Positions 40,001-55,000 of a stretch of DNA of 64,000 nucleotides are shown in pieces. Under the pieces are notes generated by a model. That model made no database searches, had not been told where the DNA came from, and worked only from the letters and a program-made list of their open reading frames with translations. Made by a program: the position numbers and the translations under genes. The stretch is from Tubulanus polymorphus. Its lineage: Eukaryota > Animalia > Nemertea. Within the stretch, counting starts at the first letter, position 1. Every line of letters starts with the position of its first letter. Location of the stretch: positions 21,818,950-21,882,949 of the forward strand of contig NC_134029.1 in assembly GCF_964204645.1 (NCBI RefSeq), written 5' to 3'.

Positions 40001-43000
40001 CCACAAAATGACTACTTAAGATTAACAGGATGGTAACAAATCTATATGGTGTTATTTTCAGTGGGGGTACGGTCAGCGATGTCAGAGTATATTACAGCCT
40101 ACAAGAGATTGATCCTTTGTCTCTTCTTGCTAAAAGTGGACGCACCATGTTATCATACTTTGCCGGACCGATTGAACGCAATGCTACATCTACTGGACAG
40201 AAAATTGATATAGTCACTGATCCCTTGAATGCAAGTGTCTCTATTCACAACATTGAAAATCGTATTTACCTTTTACTGTCTCATATGTTTTTAAATGTAT
40301 TTATCCAATTATAGAGTTGTGGATCTGCTTGTCTTGCGTCGAAATCATGTATGACATTTGAATTGACGGTATCGACTAATTCTTGTCATCTCTACAATAA
40401 ACTTGATATGGCCACCATAACATCAGGAACAGGAACGCAATACTACACCAAGAAAACTTTAGAGGTTATTTGCAATTTGTTCGAAGGAGAAATTATATCA
40501 GGGTTATGGGAGGCAGCATCTTACCTTTACACTTCAGAGCCTTGAACTGAGCCAGAGAACAGAAACTGAATGTCAAAATGAAAACTTTATTTATTTCAGG
40601 CTAACTCATTGTATATGGAGCAGGCACAAGCTGGAGTTGATTATGCCCCAGTTAGCAATGGCCAAGCTATCATGAAAGATGGAGAAGATGTGGTTGGTCT
40701 ACCAATATCAATTTTACAAGACAATATCCCAGAGTTAAATGAACAGCTTATAATCAAACTGGAGAAGGTTGAATTGGTGAACGATACTCAAGGTTCTAAA
40801 GAACTGCCGAAATTAGGAAATAAAACTTTGGCATCGGTAGTCATAGCCACCAATGACAATGCTTATGGATTGTTTCGAATATTCAGTAATGACCCTCGTG
40901 CCAGTCAAAATGGGAGTCAAGTCGCTGTTGATGAACAGGATAATTTGGCAGTCGAACTCCAGGTTGAAAGGACTGGTACGTATCTATGCAGCGGTACCTA
41001 AATATATCCTGAGCTTGAATGCTTTAGAGATTTGCTTTAACCAGAAGACTCGATTTTTGAAATTTGTGATATGATTCCTTACAGGTGGTTCATTGGGAGA
41101 TGTATCTGTAGATTGGTTTATAGATACCGCTACTAGTACTGCTATTGCTGGAAATGATTACGAAGCCGGTGGAGGGATAACTCTACTTTTTGCTCATGGA
41201 CAGATTAGGAAAAGTATGCTTTGATAATTTACGAATTTTGGTTTTTGTTTTCAATTTGTCATCATGAAACATCAACTTCTCTTCTATACAGCGATAACAG
41301 TTGCAATCCGTGATGATACTCTCCCAGAGAATGATGAATCAGTCATAGTTAAACTCGGTAAACCGACTGGAGGGGCCAGTATCGGGTCTCAGGGTGTTGT
41401 TGATGTAATTATCAAAGCTAATGATGATGTTGCCGGCCGAATCGGATTCCAACAGAAATCGATTGTAGTTCATGAAGGTGAGTTTTGCAGTTCAGTTCAG
41501 TTTTGATGAATATGAATGATCATCTTTCGGCATATTTGTATTATTATGGATTGTGTATTTCAGGTGAAAAAGTCAATCTTGTTGTTGAACGTTCTTCTCC
41601 TGCTCTTGGTAATGTGTCTGTATATTGGATGATAGAAAGAGTGAAAGGTTTGCCTCCTCACCAGAGTTTCCGACAGTCGACCGGCTATTTATTATTTATT
41701 CAGGTAATTTCATAGATGATATATCTAAAACCCGCTATATAGAAATTTAAAAAATTTAAACTGAAATTCATTACACAAGAATTGAAAACAAACGACATGA
41801 AATTTCAGGGTCTCTCTCTAGAAATCATTGTATTTCATAGATAACTGATAGAGTGAGCCTGCTGTCAGTATCAATTTTGAAATTGTCAATCCAAATTTGA
41901 ATTTAAGGGGCAGTTGAAAGCTGATTTACAGCTCGAAGTATTGAAGGATAACCTACCAGAAGTGCACGAAGAATACAACATCAGGTTGTGGAATTTGTCG
42001 GTATCCGGCATCCGAAGCGAAGGAGTTGCGTCTCTCGATCCTCAACGTTATAACCTCGGATTATCGATCCGCGGTAGTGACGATCCTCACGGAATCATCG
42101 GCTTCGCTTTAAGTAGCCAGAAAGTTACGACGGTTGAAGCAAACAAGACGTTAGATTTAACGATCGAAAGAAAGTTCGGAACTATCGGCGCTGTTTTGGT
42201 TAATTTTACGGTAAAGCAGGGCAATGTAACAGCGCTGAACTCCGAGCAGGAACTGGCAACCGCCGGTAAAGATTTTCTCGACTACGGAAGCGGCGTGGTT
42301 ATTCGTGATGGAAGTACATCGGCTACTATGAAGGTTTACATATTAGACGACTCGATTCCTGAAGTGGATGAGGTTTTCATTGTGCAGTTGTTGAATGTAT
42401 CTTTGATTCAGCCGAAGATATCCCCATTACAGCCCGCATTAGGTAAATAATGTTCAGATTCAGATAACTTGAGAACAAAAAAGTTTGGTGTATAATGCCT
42501 TCGTTGATTCATGTATGGTAAGAGTGGTACGTATATGTTGGTGTTGATATTTTGTAGCTTCATCGGGAACGACGGCTGAAATATTGATCAAAGCCAATGA
42601 TGGGACTAAAGGAGTTGTATTTTTCTCTGCAGAATCAGCTAAGTAAGTGATCATAGTAAGATAAAGTGATATAGTGTATAAATAGGTTTGAATAGATCGT
42701 GCTGATTCATCAAATTTTATAGGAAATCGGTGAATGAAACTGCTGGTGAAGTTGTTTTGAGCGTTATAAGAAGTATGGGTACATTTGGTAATGTGTCAGT
42801 ATATTGCTATGCTCAGCCCGGCTCGGCAACTATTGGTGTAGATTTCATCTTCGATCCGCAGGTAGGGGCTATCAATTTTCTTTTTGTTATTTGTTTGTTA
42901 TTTATTTGTTTCTGGTAACAATTTACATATAGGTGTATTGTTATTTTAGGATATAGTTTTCGCCCCTGGACAGAGTAAGAGAGATATCACAGTGCAGATT

Positions 43001-46000
43001 GTTAATGATGGTAAGGCCGAGCCTCCAGAAACATTTGAACTGGTTTTAGCCAGTCCTAAGAATGGTGTTCAGTTAGGCGTGCCAAACAAAGGTAAGCATT
43101 TGCACTTCCGCTGATTTTCAATAAACTTTCACTTGGATATTGCTAGGCAAAATTTACCAGTAATATTTGCCTCGATTTTCAGCTGAAGTAACGATTGGTC
43201 CTAGCGATGACGCGAGCGGATTTGTATCGTTTTCTATTAGCGACGTCATCTATTTGAATGAACCGTCTGCTACTTCAAGCGTTAATTCACAAGTAGAAAT
43301 ACCCATCTTACGCGGACCTGGTCTTTACGGAAAAATACTGGTTCCATTCAAAATCACTAGAGTTGGTAATACTAAAGAGAATGTGACCGATGTAACACCA
43401 ACAAGTGGCTTCATTACTATACTTGATTCTCAGGTCCGTGTTATATTCGTATTTTGATTTATTTTATTGAGATAATTTTACGCGTACTACATGAAAATCA
43501 ATTCATTATCTACAGACAAGTGGATCTCTAATGATACAAGCGTTAGCGGATAATATAGCTGAATTAGATGAGGCGTTTGTGATCGAGCTCAGTAAACCGC
43601 AAGGAGGAGCTCAGCTCGGGAAAATCATCCGACGAAGTTTGATCATTCGGCAAAATGATTCACCTTACGGACTTATGCAGATTTATCCGAAATCCTCGAG
43701 GTGATATTTAGATCTACAGTACAAGATTCATTTGTTTAAATTTGAAACAAATTGTTAGTTTTCTTTTTATTGTTTTAGTGCAAACACTATTGACGTAGAA
43801 GAGGATGTTGGTCGGGTTGAGTACAGGATAGTTCGTCAAGGAGGAACGCGAGGAACGATCAGCGTTAATGTATTCATCGAGGCATCTTCTGCGCAGGCCC
43901 CATCCGGGACCACGGTGTTCTTGTCGAAATATCAGAAATTGCCGGCTAAATATCCGGTCGGCTGGTCATCGTTGAAAATTGGCAGCACGACATATGGAGT
44001 CTTGTTGAATCGTTATTCTATCGGTTCAATGAATACTCTTATCGGATCAAATGGAGCTGTAACTGGCGCTAAAACAGTAAATAATTCGAACATAGATCAA
44101 TACTCAATGGTGTATAGATGGCAGGGTGTTTACAGACCAGTACAGGTAAATGACATTTTAGAATTGAGTCTCTTGATCAAATAGCACTTCAATTGGATTC
44201 AAATTCTTTTAATTCGTTTTATTAGGCAAGTTCAGTTATTTCTTTGATATGAATATAATATGTTAATATGTGGTCTTCCGTTATTTCTTTGCAGACATTA
44301 GAAACTAATGGTGCATCATTTGCGACCTCTTTCAATATTGGTGGCAAGTCTTATTTTTTGGTCATCAATTCGGGAGCTATCGGAAATTATGAGACGAAGT
44401 CAAGATTATATGAAATAAATGAAGCTGGGGTTGTGAAAGTGGTGAGTTTTATTTTTGTTGTAAATTGCAAGTTCTGATTTGATCAATGTTCTTAATTATA
44501 GATTTATTCTATGTTGTAGATTCAAGATTTCTACACCAGAAATGGACAGAAAGCTACGGTTTTCACGCAAGGCCTCGATCAATTTGCGGTAATCGTGAAT
44601 TATCAAGACAATTCCGGTGAAACGAACATCAACTCGGAACTTTACAAATGGGAACAAAACGCAGGATCTTTCAGTAGCATGGCAGCTCAGTATATCTCGA
44701 CGATTGGTGCAAGAGACGTCACTAGTTTCAAAATCAATCAGCAGTTGTACCTTTGCATCGCAAATAACTACGATTCAAAAACGAGATCGTACGAAATTGA
44801 GTAAGTAGCCAAATGTTAATGAATACATTTCCTCGCTTAAAACTATTGCGATATGTACGTAATAATTGATTTAATTTTCAGTTCTATTCTGTACAAGTTC
44901 AACAGCTCAGCGGGATTATTCGCGATTACGCAGCGTTTCCAAACGAAAGGAGCGACCGCTTTGAGTTCATTCAGTTGGGGAAATGATCGCTATTTGATCA
45001 TAGCTAATAGTCGCGATAATTTCGGTGACACTAAACAAGATGTTATCGTCTATAAATGGAATTTCGTCTTGAACGCTTTCGTCACCCTTCAAAATATTCC
45101 ATCAATCAGCACGTCGAGTTTAGACATCTTTCAAATGGATGGAATAGGTATGTGATAAGGAATCATTCGAAATGATTATGGTTTGATTAGTCTGTAGTAC
45201 TATGACATAATATCTAAATTTCAGTATTTCTAACCGTGGCTTCAAGCAGTGCATCAGCAATACACGAGTGGAATCCCGCTAACTTACAATTCCAGCCAGT
45301 CTGGAATGGCTCATCCGCGACTAGTATCTACCCGAACATCATACCGCAGACGAATGGATTTTTGACTACGATGATGATATCCAGTAAAGATCTGAAGAGA
45401 ACCGATGTTTACATATTCAGTCGACTGAGCAAAAGCGCCGATTTCGTCCCAATGTATGTTAATATCTCATTTGAACATATATCTTCATAAGGTTTCCCTG
45501 ATCTTTTTTCATTTTCATGTATGGGCACTTTTTTTCTTTAGAAATGTTCTGATGACGTTCCAATCGGGGGAAAGCGAATTGACAACGGCTGTAGCCATAA
45601 TGAATGACACGCTGCCAGAAGACACGGAAACTTTTATAATCCGACTTCAGAATCCGACCGGCGGTGCAGAGTTAGGGGCTCAAAGCTCAGTTATTACACG
45701 AATACTAGTCAACGATAACGCATTTGGTATCGTTGAGTTTGCTCCTGTAAGTTTACAAAGAAACCAGAAATATTCTCTAAAAGTAATAAGTGAATCGAAT
45801 AAAATCTGTGATTAAGCATCATAGAATTGATAAAGATGTAAATATTTACTAACTATGAGATGTGGTTATTTACAGGACTCATTAGAGGTTCGTGAATCTG
45901 AGTCGGTGGGCAAAGACAAAGTATTTGCGATTAGACTTCGCAGGACAGGTGGAGTGGCTGGTAGCGTTATCGTTAAATGGGAATTTGATAACTCAAATGC

Positions 46001-49000
46001 GCCGACAGATATCCAACCAACATTTGGCAAGGTAATAGATGTAATCTTTAGATAGAAAATATTTTTTCAAATTAGTGGCTTTCCGATGAAAATGCTTATC
46101 TTTGAATCTACTGATTTGCAAAATGTAAGAAGTTCATGTTTTTTGTGTAATTTCAAGGTTGAATTCGCACCCGGGTCGCCATTTGCTTCAATTCCTCTGA
46201 CGATAAAAGATGACAACATCGCTGAAATGGATAAAGCATACAAGATATATCTAAGAAGTATTGTCAATTCGGGAACAGACTTGCCTGGACGTGGAGCCAA
46301 AATTGGTATGAATTGTGGAAATACCCGTGGCTGTAGATTTGAGCATAAGTTTAATTAGTCAGTACCAATGAATTAAAGTCACACATTTAGATAAAATGGA
46401 ATATGTTTTGAATCTGAATTGTATGGTTTGATAAAAAGCACTGGGGGGTGTAGTACTAACTTCTATGGAAAATTGCATTCACGCAGTTATCTCCTTCAAA
46501 CAGGAATCAACTAATCAATAAACTGCAATTCCCGGGAAATTCATCTTTGTTCCATGATTAACTGCCTACAGGTTATGATTTTCAATATCGGAAATTATTC
46601 ATATTGGCTTGAGATTATTTCATAGTTGACGCATTGATTATTGATAGGCCGCCTACGCTACTGAATTACCTTTACTGAATGCAAATTTCCTGTTTAATTT
46701 GCGGCGTGTTTTTTGGTTCCTTCTCATTCATTCATTCATTCATTCATTAACAGAGCTAGAATTCATGGCTCTGCTGGATTTCATCATGTGGATTATTATG
46801 CATCTAGAATTTTCTATATTCATTTATTCCTTTACTAACGTAGGAGGTATTAATCTTATGTTTAGCGATGTGATTTTGTAGCTGTTATAATTGAAATGAA
46901 ACTGAATTTTGATGAGGTATTTTAGGTGTTTTTGACTAAAGGTTTTTTCCATTTTCCTGATTTCATAGGAGCAAATAATGTCAGTACGCTTATAATACAA
47001 GCAAGTGATAACAAGTATGGAGTATTTTCATGGGAGTTGACTGCGATTGAGACTCAGGAACCAACTGCTGCAGACGGAATTGTGAAGTTATTCGTAATCA
47101 GAGAACAAGGGGTTCAAGGCAATGTAGTCCTCGAATACATGTAAATTGATTCATCGATAATTTTCAATTAACACTGAAATAGTGTAACGAGTTTATCAAA
47201 TATAATTTGTTTTCATTCTATATTTTAGGACTACTCCAGATGGTTCGAAACCTGCTGATAGACAAGCGATATCGGGAGCAGATTATACCAGTAAACAAGG
47301 CACTGTCACCATTGCTGAAAATACGAGGAAAGCAGCTGTAGATATCTTCATCAAATCTGTAAGCATTCAGAAAAGAAATATATCTTTTCCCAATTTTTCA
47401 TTTCTATCTGTATTCAATTTGCTGAAACCTATTCAATCCGTTTTGATATGATTTTTCTAAAAGGATGATGTACCGGAAAGAAGTGAAAGTTTCCTCGTTA
47501 AAATGAATACCGTCCGTCTGCTGGGAGGGAATACTCCAGCTGTTGGACCGAGCATCAAGAAACCGGGTGATATCGCTACTGTTACCATCATGGAAAATGA
47601 CGACGCCGCTGGAATTATACAATTCGATATTGCAGAGGTATGAAATATACAATCTTAAATGTTTCAATTTTTTTTGTCAGTAGTTCTCTTTAGATTTTGC
47701 CCGCCTTGTCAATGTCTATATATCTATAAACATTATTTTAGAACAAAAATCAAGTAGATACCTATGAAGGTATTGGTATTCTACGACTGAATGTTGCGCG
47801 TACTGTCGGCACGTACGGTAATGTTACCGTATCCTGGAGAACGCAAGCCTTGGATATTCCTGCTGCTATGGTCGGTCGTGATTTCATACCCGGATCTGGT
47901 AACATTACTTTCATCGAAGGCCAGAAATCGGCAACTATCGATATTCAGATTATAGATGATAGTGAAATTGAAGGATTGGAGGTATGAAAACTAAGGCTGA
48001 ATCCAAGAACATGTCTATCGCACTTTTGAGCCCAAACGTCTGCTTTTACTTAGTAGCCCACACAAAGTCACTGTTTACAGGCGGGTGGTTTTACAGTCAC
48101 CTCTACTGCTAGTGTGCACTATCGAAACCAGATGTTTTAAAATGGTCACTTTTCAATAGTAGACTCTTCGAAACAGTTACTATAGAAAACCAACCGAATT
48201 GAAAGGAATACTATTTCAGAGTGACTGTTTTGAAATGTATACGACTGGAAAAGTAGCCGATATCGTTAATTGCTTATTGTTCTCAAGTGGCTACTAAGTA
48301 AAAGTAGACGTTTGGGCTCAAAAGTGTGATAGACATGTTCTTGGATTCAGCCTTTCGACTTGCTCGGTTTTATGGGCCATTGTAATTATGAACAAGCTTT
48401 TTAACGTATATTCTTAACTATGGAACAGTTAGAATGTTATTGAATGTTTTATTCGGAAATTCAGATGTTTGAAGTCATTCTGGACAAATTATCAAACCCT
48501 TCGGCCCGAATTGGAACATCGAGTCGTCTGAAAATAGGCATCGTCAAAAATGACTCGCCAAACGGAGAGTTTGGATTCGTAGAGAGTCAGAAAATTGTAC
48601 GAGAGGGAGGCATTATTAGATTGACAGTCGAACGAACTAAAAGTCTCCAAGGTCGTGTAAATCTTAGATGGTCGTTGAACGTCAATGCGAAACCGGAATT
48701 CATGCCTCCTGCTAATGGTGAAATTACATTCAACAACGTAAGTACCGCGCATATATATTCCGTAGTTTCTGAATGAGGTTTTCTATCCATTTTTCTTAAA
48801 ATTCTCATTTTGTAAACCGACACAATTACCAGTCATTATTGTGTTCTGTATTTTCAGGGAGAGAGGCTTAAATCATTTGATCTTCAAGCAAAAGTTGATT
48901 CTACGCTGGAAGGCGCAGAAAACTACACCGTTTCACTCGTGTCCAATGACAACAACGGAGATATATCACCTACAAAATACCAATGCGTCATCACCATTCA

Positions 49001-52000
49001 AGCGGATGACGGGGCTGCTGGTAAAGCACACATCGTTCCGTCGTACCGGCAAATATTTATGGGCGAACCGTCGGCGTCTTATAACGGAAAGGGTAAAATC
49101 CGTTTGACAAGAGGTATTGGAAAGTTTGGAACTGTAACCATCAACTGGCAGATTACCCCTCGTAATACTGGTGCGTTTGTGGTTGAATATGGGACAGTTA
49201 CGTTCTTGAATCTACAAGCTGAAGTTGATATCGTATTACAGGTATATAGGCTCGAACTAAACTCTGAATTTACACACAATCATTAAGTTATTTGTCCTAA
49301 GATATCGATGTGCTGTTGACCAGTTTGTTATACTCTAATATGATAGACGTCTACAAACGATATTTGACGTGGTGTTGATTTTAAGTCAGAAATATTCACT
49401 TGACAACTTTATAATTTGTAGAGCCGTGATGATACTATTCCTGAAGGTAAACGTGATTACGTATTGGAGATATCGGGTGGAAGTGGAGAAGTATCTTCTG
49501 ATGTTACAAAGATCCGTTCCATCATAACTATGGTAGCGAGTGATTTTCCGCATGGTTTGTTCCAGTTTTTGGCCCCCTCAGTCACCACTGCATCTGAAGA
49601 CAGCCAAAAGGTTAAGCGAAATCACATTATCATATTTCCTTCATCAATTGATGAATGAATCAAACAATATTTTCATAATTCCTTTGCAGATACAAGTCAT
49701 TGTGAACAGAGATGGTGGAAACCAAGGACAAGTTCGTGTTGGTTACGCGACTGTTGCGGGTACGGCTAAAGATGCTATTGACTATGCTTCAGCTACTGGT
49801 ACGATTGAATTCCTGAATGGTGAAACTCAGAAAACAATCAGTGTAACTATATTGCAAGATACTTTACCCGAAGGCCCAGAGTACTTCTTCATAAACCTGA
49901 CTTCAGTTGCACTCACCTCAAAGGTGTAAGTATTTCATAGCATATGTTTGCTGGTTCTACATCCATTCTACTGTCCTAACGCAGATAACTCTTGTAATCT
50001 TTTTAGGAATAACAATTATACTAAGGTAGTTGGTGATCTTGGTCTAGACATGCCTCCTATACTCGGACCTGGTAGACAGAAGAAAGTGATAATTGAAAAG
50101 AATGACAATGCTGAAGGGACTGTTCAATTCGCTGCAAATGCTATAAACTTCTTAGGTATTTTTGGCTGGTTGATTGTAGTAACATTTTGATCTCTATTTC
50201 GTCGTAATTCTCCGATGATACTTATGATTATTGAATCGAATTTCCAGCCAAAGAAGATGAAGGCATGGCGCGTATTCCTTTAGTTCGTACCGGAGGCTCA
50301 TACGGTACTGTCGGTGTTAGATACAGGAGTAATAACAGAACAGCAACTTCAACTCTGGATTATAAATTACCCGATGGTTCAATCGAATTTGCCGATGGTG
50401 TTACCGAAAATACGATCAATGTCACTATTGTAAATGATCTCGAAAGAGAGTTCGGAGAAGAGTTTGAGGTCATTCTTATTTCAATCTATGGTAAGGTAGA
50501 ATGGAGCTTTGTATTGTGCTTTAAACAGCGAGTCAATTAATCATCCAATTGATTGTCATTCTTTTTATTTTCAATAGGCGGGGCTCAACTTGGAGATCGA
50601 ACTATGTCACTCGTTACGATAGCTAAGTCTGACTATCCGAATGGCAAATTTGGCTTTGTTAATGATGTGAAAATAGCTATGACAAATCCAGATATTCAAA
50701 AGACTCTTACATTGACTGTTGAAAGAACAGAGGGTACACTCGGTGAACAAACTGTAAGTTTATGATCTCTGTGAAAGTCAAATATAGATCATGCTTTGAT
50801 TTTGCTAAAACATGTAAATATTCATTAATTTGCAATGCTAGGTATTTTGGAGAATCATGGGTTACAACGATCCTAATAGTCAACTATTTGAGACAAATGA
50901 TGTCAGCACAATGATAAACAATAAAGAAGAAACGACCGGTCAGCTAGCGTGGACAGCTGGAGAACTCGGACAGAAGATCATCACGTTACAAATTAAACCT
51001 CACGTTCAGTGGGAAATACAGAAGATATTCTGGATAGAATTATACCGTATATCGGGAGTTCCTGCGACATCCGGTTCTGGTGAAGTGAGCCCGACAAATG
51101 GTAAAACAGAACTGACGGTATGTTTTAGATTATTCTATACAGTTTTATTGTATGGTGTCATATTGTGCAAAGTTAACTATGATACTAGATCCTATTTATA
51201 TATTTCAATCGTTTTTTTTTCAGATACTCAAGTTTGGTGATCCTAATGGCATCATCGGCTTCGACGTCCAGTCTCGGCAAGTTCGAACATTCTCTGAACC
51301 GGCCTCGTCTCAGCCATCTCAAATTGATTTCCAACTGTTCAGGAGTAAAGGATTGATAGGAGCCCAACAAGTACGAATAGTCATATTTCACATCATAATC
51401 AATTTCATTCAAAATTCGAGTTTTCTGAATTTCTTTTGATTTGATATTCAGATTTACTGGGAGATTAACAGTCCTCCTGGAAGTTCGAATAAAGATGTCA
51501 GTCCAACTAGCGGTTTTGTCACTATCGGTGATAAGAAGAGCGTCGGAAACATCAAAGTATTGATTGAACCTGATGATATCCCCGAGTTAGATGAAGCATT
51601 CAGCCTAAAACTGCTGAAGATTGTGGGAGGTGCAGAGATTGATCCCCAATTCAATTCATCTCAATTTATCATCCAGTAAGTGATGTTTATATTTCTTGTG
51701 TCCAAAATGCTGGATTTAGGAAACAACAGAAAGATTGACTTCGTTTTATCCCATACCGTGAAAAAAACTAATTCAATTCGTGCGTCTTCTCATATCGACC
51801 TTTTGAAGTGCATAACTGCAAATGGCGACCATTCTTAGAAATTTTTCCGAATCTTTCATAGAGGTAATATTTCTTTTTAGGTTCAATGATTACCCACACG
51901 GTACGGTCGGCGTGCTTTCTAAAAATCAGGCGGTGATCGTACGTAATGATAAGACTCGTGCTGTACGCGTTAACGTGACTAGAAACGCCGGCAGAGTCGG

Positions 52001-55000
52001 GCGAATACGGGCTACATTCATCGTTAAATATCAACAGGTGAATAAACTTACTACAATCAAACTCGAACTGAAGTCATCGTAGTTTGGGACGATCATTATG
52101 TTGATGACTTTGAATTGCAAATACAAATTTGGACTCAAAAATAGTGACGACTTATCTGCAAATTGATGACTTGACTGATGACTTCAGGGTGTTTGACTGC
52201 ATTTAATCCATCAGTGCCTAAGTTATGTGAAATAGATTTTGTTTGTTGAACTGTGAATATTTTTGTTTCGATTATAGGATAGCACATATACAGCCACCGG
52301 TGAAGCGATTTTTGAGGATGGTGACCGATTCAAAACAGCGGTTGTTGATGCACCACGCAATGTGTTTATACCACTCGGAAGTCAGTTCGCTATCACGCTT
52401 ACTGATGTAACGTATATCGGCGGCCGAGGTAATTAAGTGAAAAATGGACGTATACAGTTTCTAGAAAAATACCATTTTCTGCATTCGGCTTAACTTATTT
52501 GCATGATTTTCAGGCCCGGTCACTCAAGCTCCTATTATTGTCGCTAATCAACAAACATGTACAGTAGCTGTACCACAGGCCGCAGCAAATAGTAAAGTTG
52601 GTTTTGCTCAACAAGAAGTGAATATCGATGAAGGTGTGTATCAACTTTCAATTAAAATTGACAAATATTTTTTGGAAAATCTCCTTTACATATTGGGTAC
52701 AATATTGTGACAATTTCTTTTTTTAGCATCAAATACAGCTAGTGTGTCAGTAATAAGGGAAGGATCTTATGGCAGTTTAGAAGTAAGCTGGGCGCATGGA
52801 TTTCCCCCGAATCAACTGCCATCGGGATTTCAAATGGGATTAATTATCACAGCTCCCGGAATCATCTCTTTCTCTGATGGTGAAAGCGAAAAGAAGATTT
52901 CCATAAAGGTAAAGGTTTTCTTCACATTTAAGAAGGAATTCGGGTATTTGTAATTTGAGATTACGGATGCATCTATTCTTCATTACTTAAGGTGCGCCCA
53001 AATGTGTCGAGGAAAGAGCTTTTTGCCATCTACATGCCGATACAACCGAGTAAGACACCCGATGGTGGTGCAATGCTATACGTAGGTAAAACAGTGACTA
53101 GAATGGAAAGCATGGGGGTCATAAGATTTGCTGCGAATTCCCTGAAACCGAGAATTCAAGAAAACATTGGAGATGTAGGTTATCGTATTCATAGATCGAT
53201 ATTGAAACTGTCATCTTCATTATGAAAACAGAGGTTTGAAGTCTTTGTTCATTTGTGTAGTTGCAGTTAAACGTAGAACGTTTATATGGAAGTGAAGGCA
53301 CAATTCAAGTTTTGTACTCAACACTGCCCGGAACTGCGAAAGGTGGAGTCGATTATGTTCATGTGACAAATGCTGCCGTGAAGTTAGATCCAGGCGTTAC
53401 ACAAACTACTATCAAAATTCAAGTAAGGCATGGAATGACAGTTGTTTGCTTTAAGATGTATATGGAATATATGTTCCTTTAGTGCAATATATTGTAATTT
53501 GCTGTTACTTCGTATATTGTATATTTGATGTACTTACTTATTTTCAGATGAAAAGTGATAGTTTACCTGAAGAAGTGGAATACTTCTTTGTGAACTTGAC
53601 AACTGTATATCAGTTACCAAACAGTAACCCTACAGGTGAATAATCCTTATATTCGCGAGTATTGTTTTATTAGAGTTTGTCTTTATTGAAAAAATTTGTA
53701 AATCTGTAGGTATTACTCCACGAATAAGTAAGCTGAATGCTTTAAGTAATATCAGTGTAGCGATGAACAGTGATCCATACGGCTTGTTGTACATGGAGAA
53801 AAATCAACTTCAAGTATCCGAAGGCGAAACTATCAACTTGACACCTCACGTCAAGAGAGGAGGTAAGAATGTGCTCCGAATATGTAAATCCTAATAAGAC
53901 AATAACCGTGTTTTGACTAATGATATTTAATATGGATGATTTTTGTCAGGTGGTACAAAAGGCGATATTTCTGTGATGATACGCACAGCATTGAAAGGTG
54001 AAATAGTACCTAACTACCCGGCCTTACAACCTTCAGCTGACGGCACTGATGTCATGAAACTAAATCAGAACATATTCATCAAAGTAAGTCTTCATTTTAT
54101 GAAATTTGTACTACTCTTCATGAGTATTATCTGTTATGTAAAATTTTTCATTGAGTATTTCTCAGAATTCAGTTCAACATTGGTTATGCTAATTTCAGGG
54201 TGGTACAGTTGCACCTATCGATCCAATTCGACTGCAGATTGTCAAAGATGCGCTGATTGAAGGAAATGAAATTTTCTACGTTTACTTGACTCAACCGACT
54301 GGAGGTGCTGTCATATCTGCTGGCAGCAATACCTACAAGGTGAGCGGGCCACCCCTACATAGTGAGGTACTAAAACCATTTTACCGGTACATCGAATATA
54401 ATGATCTTTATTCTATAGTCTTATGTGGAAGTGATGATAAAAAGAAATGGATTGTGGGGCGGTGAAGTCGGATTCTATCAGACATCATCTGGTTTGACTA
54501 TAGATGAAGACGGCAAAGGAAATGTGACTGTAACACTAATCAGAAATGCTACATTCGGAGATATTACGGTAAGTTAACATAGACACCAGTCATCAGTGTC
54601 GCTTTGATGTAGGCCTAGAACTCGCCTAATTTGGATTTTTCGATCCGGATTTTCATTTAATTTGGGTGAAATATTTGGTCCAATTTAACCTGGAATCATG
54701 TAAACTATTATTCATAATTCGGTTTTACTTAATTCGGAAGCAGTACCAAGTCATTCAAATTTAAGTGAGTTCTACATATGATATAATTTTATCTATTATA
54801 GGTAGCGTGGCAACTTCGCGAAAAGACTGCAAATGGCTACAAGTTTAATACTGAAGGATTATTAAAAGGACAGTTCAAAATGCTTAGAAGTGATGTCACA
54901 TGTCCCCAGGGCCAAACATTATGTCGATTTACAATCGAGACAATCAATGATGAGGTAATGATTCATGTATGAAAGCGCATAAATTTTGCACAATTTCACC

